NCBI GenBank assembly: GCA_949132985.1
Contig: CASCGD010000003.1
Span: 1,147 to 65,146, forward strand
Direction: 5' to 3'
Source of the DNA: an uncultured Lachnospiraceae bacterium
GTDB taxonomy: Bacteria > Bacillota > Clostridia > Lachnospirales > Lachnospiraceae
Length of the DNA stretch: 64,000 nt
Both the position numbers and the translations under genes were made by a program. The notes beneath the pieces were generated by a model, which ran no database searches, was not told the DNA's origin, and saw only the letters and a program-made list of their open reading frames with translations. Below, piece by piece: positions 56,486 through 64,000 of this stretch (position 1 is its first letter; every line of letters starts with the position of its first letter).

Positions 56486-58597
56486 ATGATTGGCACACCA
56501 CGTTATAAAGAGCCGGTCCGGGGACAACGGCTGCAACCCTTAGACGTGATTGCCGGTTTTCCGGTGCGCCCTGGATTTTACCGCACCAACGGAGCAACGC
56601 CGGGAAATGGCGGCGTGAGCTTTACGATCGGCTCTCACCACGCAACAGGCTGTACACTGCTTTTGTTTCACCCGCACGAGAAGGAGCCTTATGCAAGGCT
56701 TCCCTATCCGGATACCTATCGCATCGGAAACATTTATTCGATGTTTGTGTACGGATTAAAAATAGAAGATTTTGAGTATGCATTTCAGTTTGACGGTCCC
56801 TATGACGAGCGGGAGGGGCACCGTTTTGACAAGAATGCGATCATTTTGGATCCTTACGCCAAGGCTGTGACAGAGCAGCGCGGATGGGGAGAGAAGTTTG
56901 AGGACGGCTATGTCTACAAGGCGCGGGTCGTGGAAAACAATTTTGACTGGGGAAAAAAGAAGCAGCTGGAGAATAACCTGGAGGATATGGTCATCTATGA
57001 GATGCATGTCCGCGGATTCACGATGGATCCGTCTTCCGGCGTGACGGCGCGGGGAACCTTTGAGGGAATTCGTGAAAAAATTCCTTATCTCAAGGAGCTG
57101 GGCGTTAATGCGGTGGAGCTGATGCCTATTTTCGAGTTTGACGAGATGGGTTCCGCCAGAGAGCACAACGGACAGACGCTGGTGGATTATTGGGGCTATA
57201 ATACGGTGTGTTATTTTGCACCGAACACAAGTTATTCCTATGTGCAGGAGCACAACCATGAGGGCGACGAGTTAAAAAGGCTCATCCGTGAGCTGCACGA
57301 CAACGGCATAGAGGTTCTTCTTGACGTTGTGTTCAACCATACGGCGGAGGGAAATGAGCTTGGCCCGGTCTTTTCCTTTAAGGGAATCGATAACAAGACG
57401 TTTTATATGCTGACACCGGAGGGCTATTATTACAATTTCAGCGGCTGCGGCAATACGATGAACTGCAATGACCCCATTGTGCGGCGCTATATTATGGATT
57501 GCCTGAGCTACTGGGTCATCGAGTATCGTGTGGACGGCTTTCGTTTTGATCTGGCGTCAATTTTGAGCCGCGATAAAAACGGTGTGCCGATGGAAAATCC
57601 GCCGTTGCTGGAGAGCTTGGCGTTTGACGAGATTCTTTCCGGCGTGAAGCTCATCGCGGAGGCGTGGGATGCGGGCGGCCTGTATCAGGTAGGTACGTTT
57701 CCGAGCTGGAACCGCTGGGCGGAGTGGAACGGCAGATACCGCGACGACATGCGCCGTTTTTTAAAGAGCGACGACGGAATGGCTCCTGCGGCGGTGGCGC
57801 GGATCACCGGTTCCCGCGATATTTACGATCCGCTGGTGCGCGGGCAGAGTGCATCGGTGAACTTTTTGACGTGCCACGACGGTTTCACACTGTATGATCT
57901 TTATTCCTACAATGTGAAGCACAATGAGTCTAACGGATGGAATAATACGGACGGCGATAATAACGGCAACAGCTGGAACTGCGGCTGTGAGGGTGATACG
58001 GACGATCCGGAGGTCGAAAAGCTGCGGCGGCGCATGGTGAAAAACGCTTTTGCTACGCTGCTGTGCAGCAGAGGTCCTGCGATGTTTTTTGCGGGGGATG
58101 AGTTTTGCAACACGCAAAAAGGAAATAATAACGCCTACTGCCAGGACAATGAGATTTCGTGGCTGGACTGGAACCGAAAAGAGAAGTACCGGGAGGTCTA
58201 TGATTTTGCCCGGTTTATGATTCATTTCCGCATGGCGCATCCGGTGCTGCGTAAGCCGACGGCTCCGGCAAGCTGCGGCTTCGCGGATATTTCCTATCAT
58301 CACGGGCGTGCGTGGAATGCGGACTGCGGGAATAATGCGCGTCTGATCGGACTGATCTACGCGGGAAAAAATGACGCGGGAGAGGATGACCTGGTCTATG
58401 TGGGCATCAACACCTATTGGGAGACGCTTGGAACCGGATTCCCGGACCCGCCGGCGGGCTACCGCTGGATGCTGGTAGCGGATACAATGCGGGGAGGCGC
58501 GCTGCCGGAGGCGGAACCGCTTCTGGCAGGACGTTACGATATGGGATCGCGCAGCGTGATTATTATGGTTATAGAGAAAATAAAGCCGGGGGATTAA
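56486..58597 (+). CDS. glgX: Glycogen debranching enzyme (GH13)
   Basis: YWGY, DVVFNHTAEG, DGFRFDLA, AEAWD, HDGFTL. Confidence 0.93.
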   Translation: MIGTPRYKEPVRGQRLQPLDVIAGFPVRPGFYRTNGATPGNGGVSFTIGSHHATGCTLLLFHPHEKEPYARLPYPDTYRIGNIYSMFVYGLKIEDFEYAFQFDGPYDEREGHRFDKNAIILDPYAKAVTEQRGWGEKFEDGYVYKARVVENNFDWGKKKQLENNLEDMVIYEMHVRGFTMDPSSGVTARGTFEGIREKIPYLKELGVNAVELMPIFEFDEMGSAREHNGQTLVDYWGYNTVCYFAPNTSYSYVQEHNHEGDELKRLIRELHDNGIEVLLDVVFNHTAEGNELGPVFSFKGIDNKTFYMLTPEGYYYNFSGCGNTMNCNDPIVRRYIMDCLSYWVIEYRVDGFRFDLASILSRDKNGVPMENPPLLESLAFDEILSGVKLIAEAWDAGGLYQVGTFPSWNRWAEWNGRYRDDMRRFLKSDDGMAPAAVARITGSRDIYDPLVRGQSASVNFLTCHDGFTLYDLYSYNVKHNESNGWNNTDGDNNGNSWNCGCEGDTDDPEVEKLRRRMVKNAFATLLCSRGPAMFFAGDEFCNTQKGNNNAYCQDNEISWLDWNRKEKYREVYDFARFMIHFRMAHPVLRKPTAPASCGFADISYHHGRAWNADCGNNARLIGLIYAGKNDAGEDDLVYVGINTYWETLGTGFPDPPAGYRWMLVADTMRGGALPEAEPLLAGRYDMGSRSVIIMVIEKIKPGD

Positions 58598-58881
58598 TCC
58601 CCCGGCTTTGTGCGTAAATCTGCAAATGGAAGCTTGCTGCTATGATATTTCGCTGCGTGCATCGGGGGTCTTTGATTTTCCGCGCGAAATTTTCGGACAT
58701 GAAGGACTCCTTTCCTGATACAATAATAAGTAGTAAAAAAACCGGGATTGAATTTCAAGAAAAGTTTTTAAACTTTTTGGGATTTTTTGGAGAGTGGGTC
58801 TGTCTAATGTATGTAAAACGAAAACGAAGGACGCTTCGTGGAGGTTTTGCATGTACAGTGCGCACGGGAGGTACTGCAGAT

Positions 58882-59409
58882 ATGCAGGAAAAACAAAGAA
58901 GCGATTTGGTAAAAAGGGCAAAAAGGCGTGAAACGGATGCTTTCACTGAGCTGATGCAGCTTCACATGAAGGATATGTACCGGGTTGCCGTGTCTATCCT
59001 CATGAACGATGAGGATGCCGCGGATGCGATTCAGGATGCGATTCTTGCCTGCTGGGAGAAGATCGGCAGCTTGAAAGAGCCGCGTTATTTCAGCACATGG
59101 ATGACGCGGATCCTGATCAACAAGTGCTATGACATCCGCAAACGAAACCAGCGGTTCACGGATCTTGAAGGCTGGGAAGAGCCGGCGGCGGAGGATCACT
59201 ACAATCTGGAATGGAAGGAAGCGCTTTGCGTGCTGAACGAACAGCAACGCGTTGTGGTCGAGCTGTTCTACGGTGAGGGATACCGCACCGAGGAGATTGC
59301 GCGAATTTTAAAAATTCCGAAGAGTACGGTGCAGACCAGGCTCTGGCGGGCACGGCAAAAGCTGGCAGGCTATTACGCGGACGGATATCGCAGCTGTCAG
59401 GGAATCTGA
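58882..59409 (+). CDS. ECF sigma-70 factor
   Basis: DAADAIQD, FSTW..RI..N, EIA..L.IP.STV.TRL.RAR. Confidence 0.92.
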   Translation: MQEKQRSDLVKRAKRRETDAFTELMQLHMKDMYRVAVSILMNDEDAADAIQDAILACWEKIGSLKEPRYFSTWMTRILINKCYDIRKRNQRFTDLEGWEEPAAEDHYNLEWKEALCVLNEQQRVVVELFYGEGYRTEEIARILKIPKSTVQTRLWRARQKLAGYYADGYRSCQGI

Positions 59410-59470
59410 AGCATGTGTGCTGCCGATAGATAGCATCCTGCACGGAAAGCGGGCGAAAGGAGCAAATCAT

Positions 59471-60487
59471 ATGGATAAGAATGAGAAAATAATTTTTCAA
59501 CATGATATCGAGGTGCCGCCGATCGTGATGGAGAAAGCTGAAGCTGCCTTTTTAACGATCGAAAAGGAAGGAAGGAATATCATGAGAGAGAATAAGAGCG
59601 TAAAAATGAGAGGGATCGTAAAATCAACAGCGGCGGTTGCGGCTTGTGCAGCACTGCTTGTAGCGGCAGGAGTCGCGGCGGGTGACTTTGTGGGCGGGGA
59701 TGCCCCGGTCACGGAGGTCGCAGACAGGAGCGGTGTCTCTGCGGCGGACGGCTCTGTGGGAGGAAAGGGAATCCCCACGGCAGAGGGCAGTGCGAAGGAC
59801 GGGTTCTGTACGGTGGAGCCGACCTTTTCTTTGGCCGCATATGCGCCGGAGGGTGTGAAGACCGGTGTGTCGGGCGACGGCCTTGTGTTCACCGATATCG
59901 GGCACGGTGAAGGCGGCTTTACGGGAATGCTCTTTCAGGTGCAGGGCGACGGTATCACGGACGTCGATATGAAAATTGACAAGGGCGCACTGTATACGAC
60001 GACGATCGAGGAGACGACGGTGGACGCTATCCAAGCTATCATGGAGGGAGGGATGCCGGACGAGGACGGCGACCCGAATACGCACACGGTTTACAGTCTG
60101 ATAGGCGATTATGATCCGAACGAGAAGACGGAGGATCAGGAACCCCGTGATGTCATTGCCTACCACTGCACAAAGGTCGGAACGGAGGTCTCAGGGGCAT
60201 ACGAGGCGGGATTGTACTACGGCTTTTACATTCCGGACGACGTGACCTCGTCGAAGTACGATCTGGCAGAGGCGTACCGCGAGCAGCTTGGCGTTTTTGA
60301 GGGAGCGACACTTAGCGTTTCCGTGACCGGGAAGGACGGCAGCAGGTCGACAAAGGAGTACGCCCTGTCGGTGAAAAAGCTGGCGCTGGACGCAGAGCGT
60401 AACGTTACCCAGACCGAGTGGAAGGAAGGTGAAGCCGGAATGGAAGAGGGCTATGTATACGGCGTGATGGCGACGGAAAAAGAATAG
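59471..60487 (+). CDS. Putative membrane anti-sigma factor
   Basis: Follows the ECF gene; single TM AAVAACAALLV. Confidence 0.7.
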   Translation: MDKNEKIIFQHDIEVPPIVMEKAEAAFLTIEKEGRNIMRENKSVKMRGIVKSTAAVAACAALLVAAGVAAGDFVGGDAPVTEVADRSGVSAADGSVGGKGIPTAEGSAKDGFCTVEPTFSLAAYAPEGVKTGVSGDGLVFTDIGHGEGGFTGMLFQVQGDGITDVDMKIDKGALYTTTIEETTVDAIQAIMEGGMPDEDGDPNTHTVYSLIGDYDPNEKTEDQEPRDVIAYHCTKVGTEVSGAYEAGLYYGFYIPDDVTSSKYDLAEAYREQLGVFEGATLSVSVTGKDGSRSTKEYALSVKKLALDAERNVTQTEWKEGEAGMEEGYVYGVMATEKE

Positions 60488-60667
60488 GGCAGTATCATAC
60501 GGTTTTATGACGGATACGGGCGGGAGCATATCAAGGCTTCCGCCCGTTTTTGCGGCGCATGGGGGATGAAAGAAAGCTCCGTGGTTGTAAAATTAAGAAA
60601 ATCTGCTATAATTGATAAAAGTGATTTGCAGTGGGCTTCGTGTATGCAGTAAGGATGGGAGAGAGCT

Positions 60668-61969
60668 ATGAGTATGAACAGCGTCGTGAGCGCCGAGCGC
60701 GTTCACATTGGTTTTTTCGGGTGCCGCAACGCGGGCAAATCGAGTCTTGTCAACGCAGTGACGGCGCAGGAGCTATCGGTCGTAAGCCGGACGGCGGGGA
60801 CGACGACCGACCCGGTTAAAAAAGCAATGGAGCTGCTTCCGGTGGGCCCGGTGGTGATCGTGGACACACCGGGCTTTGACGATGCGGGGGCGCTGGGAGA
60901 AAAGCGCGTGGAACGCACAAGGCAGGTGCTGCGGGACATCGACGTAGCCGTACTCGTCATCGATGCGGCGGCAGGTGTGCGGGAGGCAGACGGTGAGCTG
61001 CTCGGACTGATGGAAGAGCGCCGGCTGCCATACCTGATCGCGTGGAACAAATCGGATCTGGACGTGCCGGTTGCACCGGGAGGTACGGATGGCCGTCCCG
61101 GCTCTGCGGAGCAGATTTGCATGTCAGGGCAGCAGGCCATCGGCTGTGAGGCAGGAAGCAGGCTGCCTGGCGTGCCCATCGAGCGGCAGTTTTGGGTGAG
61201 CGCGAAGAGCGGTCAGGGCATTGAAGAATTAAAGTGCGCCCTCGGCACCCTGGCGAACGTGGAGGAAACGGCGCCCCCGCTTGTTACAGATTTGGTAAAA
61301 CCCGGCGATCTGCTGGTTTTAGTCGTTCCCATCGATTCGGCAGCGCCGAAGGGCAGGTTAATTTTACCGCAGCAGCAGACGATTCGTGACATATTGGATG
61401 CGGACGCGCGTGCGCTTGTGGTGAAGGAGGATGCGGTGGCACAGACGCTCTCGGAGCTTTCCGCGCCGCCGGCGATGGTTATCACCGATTCTCAGGTCTT
61501 CGGAAAGGTTGCGGCGGCAGTGCCAAAGGACGTGGCGCTCACGTCGTTTTCGATTTTGATGGCGCGTCATAAGGGATTCCTTGAATTGGCCGTAGCAGGC
61601 GCGGCAAAGCTTCCGGCGCTTGGTGACGGAGACCGCGTGCTCATCTGCGAGGGCTGTACGCATCACAGGCAGTGCGGCGATATCGGAACCGAAAAGCTTC
61701 CGCGGTTGCTGGAAACATATACAAACAAGGAGCTTCAACTGGAATTTGCCTCGGGGAAGGATTTCCCGGAGGATTTGTCGGGATATGCCCTCGTGCTGCA
61801 CTGCGGCGGATGCATGCTGACGGAGCGGGAGGTGTGTGCGCGCATGGAAACGGCCCGGGCACAGGGCGTCCCGGTGACGAACTACGGGACGGCGATCGCA
61901 CAGATGAATGGAATTTTAAGGCGTTCGCTGTCGGTGTTTCCGGGGCTGATTGATAAATATTTTGCATGA
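60668..61969 (+). CDS. hydF: [FeFe]-hydrogenase maturation GTPase
   Basis: G..NAGKSS, GTTTD, DTPG, NKSD, CTHH, HCGGC. Confidence 0.96.
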   Translation: MSMNSVVSAERVHIGFFGCRNAGKSSLVNAVTAQELSVVSRTAGTTTDPVKKAMELLPVGPVVIVDTPGFDDAGALGEKRVERTRQVLRDIDVAVLVIDAAAGVREADGELLGLMEERRLPYLIAWNKSDLDVPVAPGGTDGRPGSAEQICMSGQQAIGCEAGSRLPGVPIERQFWVSAKSGQGIEELKCALGTLANVEETAPPLVTDLVKPGDLLVLVVPIDSAAPKGRLILPQQQTIRDILDADARALVVKEDAVAQTLSELSAPPAMVITDSQVFGKVAAAVPKDVALTSFSILMARHKGFLELAVAGAAKLPALGDGDRVLICEGCTHHRQCGDIGTEKLPRLLETYTNKELQLEFASGKDFPEDLSGYALVLHCGGCMLTEREVCARMETARAQGVPVTNYGTAIAQMNGILRRSLSVFPGLIDKYFA

Positions 61970-62106
61970 CGGTCGCGGATGAGGCGGCGGGCCTGTGTTT
62001 TTCGGCGGGAATGATTTGACAGGATGCGGAAACTGACAGCGGTCATGGGAAGGTACGGTTGCGATTTCGCGGGCGGAAATGATTTAACAGGGCACCGGAG
62101 GAGCAG

Positions 62107-63150
62107 ATGGACAGAAGGAAACAAATTGAAACGCTGGAAAAAAATCACATATTGCCGCAGGAGGAGCTGGCGGCGTTGATTGTGGGGGCAAAGCCGGAGG
62201 ACGACGCGTACCTTTTTGCCCGCGCCCGCGCGGTGCGTGAGCGGGTCTACGGAAAAGCGGTCTACATGCGGGGGCTGATCGAGTTTACGAACTACTGTAA
62301 AAACGACTGCTATTACTGCGGCATTCGAAGAAGTGCGCCGCATGCCGAGCGCTACCGGCTCAGCGAGGAGGAGATTTTGGATTGCTGTGAGGTGGGCTAC
62401 GGTCTTGGATTTCGCACGTTTGTTTTGCAGGGCGGCGAGGATTTGTATTTCACGGATGAACGGATGGTATCGATTGTTACACAGATCAGAGCGCGCTGGC
62501 CGGACTGCGCACTGACCCTTTCCGTTGGGGAGAGAGCGCGGGGGAGCTATGAGGCGCTTTTTGCGGCAGGGGCGAACCGGTATCTCCTGCGTCATGAGAC
62601 GGCAGACGAGGCGCACTATGCGCGGCTCCACCCAGGGGAGCTGTCCTTAGAGCATCGGAAAAGGTGCTTGTGGGATTTAAAGGAGATTGGCTATCAGGTG
62701 GGCTGTGGTTTTATGGTGGGTTCACCGGGGCAGACTGCGGCATGCCTAGCGGAGGACTTGCAGTTTATCCATGAGCTGAAGCCACATATGGTGGGCATCG
62801 GTCCCTTTGTGCCGCAATGTGATACGCCTTTTGCGGGGGAGGCGCAGGGTAGTCTGGAGTTAACGCTGCGGCTGCTCGGTATCATCCGTCTCATGGAGCC
62901 TTGCGTGCTGCTTCCGGCAACGACGGCGCTGGGGACGATCCATCCGCATGGCAGGGAAAAAGGCATTCTGGCCGGAGCGAACGTGGTTATGCCGAATCTT
63001 TCGCCTCAGACGGTGCGGAAGAAATATATGCTTTATGACAACAAAATCTGCACCGGGGATGAGGCGGCGGAGTGCGTGGACTGCCTGCGGCAGCGCATCG
63101 CGTCCATTGGATACGAGCTGTCGGGCAGCCGGGGAGATTATGTGAATTGA
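62107..63150 (+). CDS. hydE: [FeFe]-hydrogenase radical SAM maturase
   Basis: CKNDCYYC, LLRHET, YDNKIC. Confidence 0.95.
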   Translation: MDRRKQIETLEKNHILPQEELAALIVGAKPEDDAYLFARARAVRERVYGKAVYMRGLIEFTNYCKNDCYYCGIRRSAPHAERYRLSEEEILDCCEVGYGLGFRTFVLQGGEDLYFTDERMVSIVTQIRARWPDCALTLSVGERARGSYEALFAAGANRYLLRHETADEAHYARLHPGELSLEHRKRCLWDLKEIGYQVGCGFMVGSPGQTAACLAEDLQFIHELKPHMVGIGPFVPQCDTPFAGEAQGSLELTLRLLGIIRLMEPCVLLPATTALGTIHPHGREKGILAGANVVMPNLSPQTVRKKYMLYDNKICTGDEAAECVDCLRQRIASIGYELSGSRGDYVN

Positions 63151-63227
63151 CAAAGGGCAGGACAGTCCGCAGGAATTAGGGACTTGACTCTGATGTTCAA
63201 ATAAAACCAGAAACAGGAGGAAGAGAG

Positions 63228-64000
63228 ATGTACGATCCAAGATCAAACAAGGCAGAGGAATTCATTGACGACGGAGAGATATTAGAGACGCTGGCATACG
63301 CAGAAAAAAATAAGCGCAACGCGGCGCTTATCGACCGGATTATCGAGAAGGCAAAGCTTCGCAAGGGCCTTTCTCACCGGGAGGCGGCGGTCCTTTTAGA
63401 CTGCGAGCTGGAGGATAAAAACGAGGAGATCTACGAGCTGGCAAAGCAGATTAAGAAGGATTTTTACGGCAACCGCATCGTCATGTTTGCGCCGCTGTAT
63501 CTGTCCAACTACTGCATCAATAGCTGTGTGTACTGCCCTTACCATATCAAAAACAAGCACATTGCGCGAAAGAAGCTGACCCAGGAGGAGATTCGGCGCG
63601 AGGTCATTGCGCTACAGGATATGGGGCACAAACGGCTGGCGCTGGAGACAGGGGAGGACCCGGTCAATAACCCGATCGAGTATGTGCTTGAGAGCATTGA
63701 GACGATCTACGGTATCAAGCACAAAAACGGAGCCATTCGCCGGGTCAACGTCAACATCGCAGCGACGACGGTGGAAAACTACAGGCGCTTAAAAGATGCG
63801 GGTATCGGCACCTACATTCTCTTTCAGGAGACGTACCACAAAAAGAGCTACGAGACCCTCCACCCGGCAGGGCCAAAGCATGATTACGCTTACCATACCG
63901 AGGCGATGGACCGGGCGATGGAGGGCGGTATCGACGACGTGGGGCTGGGGGTGCTCTTCGGGCTAGAGATGTACCGCTATGAGTTTGCCGGACTTTTGAT
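63228..64000 (+). CDS. hydG: [FeFe]-hydrogenase radical SAM maturase (partial)
   Basis: MYDPRS..AEEFID; FAPLYLSNYCINSCVYCPY; runs off the window end. Confidence 0.93.
   Translation, partial: MYDPRSNKAEEFIDDGEILETLAYAEKNKRNAALIDRIIEKAKLRKGLSHREAAVLLDCELEDKNEEIYELAKQIKKDFYGNRIVMFAPLYLSNYCINSCVYCPYHIKNKHIARKKLTQEEIRREVIALQDMGHKRLALETGEDPVNNPIEYVLESIETIYGIKHKNGAIRRVNVNIAATTVENYRRLKDAGIGTYILFQETYHKKSYETLHPAGPKHDYAYHTEAMDRAMEGGIDDVGLGVLFGLEMYRYEFAGLL

Overview
Positions 1-49292 are the right-hand ~49 kb of a temperate phage integrated at a tRNA-Lys gene. The host is probably a Clostridia/Lachnospiraceae-type bacterium, inferred from gene content and RBS style. Phage gene order: Cro tail end, repeated convergent small-gene modules, HUH Rep plus RNase H-like gene, DNA-modification cluster, late activator, lambda-type head, P2/Mu-type contractile tail, tail-tip array, lysis genes, a self-regulated divergent accessory island, then attR. 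Positions ~49300-64000 are ordinary host genes (Ig-like surface protein, recQ, BlaI/BlaR1, glgX, ECF sigma/anti-sigma, hydF-hydE-hydG). Two things stand out. (1) Six paralogous tail-tip genes at 38152-43125. Five of them carry a conserved leader ORF (MCK...) with a G8-G10 tract, followed by a hairpin that hides the tip gene's RBS/AUG. G-tract length sets where the leader stops, which would make a phase-variable translational-coupling switch per receptor-binding tip. (2) An HTH-repressed island at 44750-49036 with an AcrIC5-like gene next to a truncated orphan Cas8c (candidate Cas-decoy anti-CRISPR) and repeated H-type pseudoknots in its intergenic regions. All family assignments come from motif recognition by eye; no searches were run.
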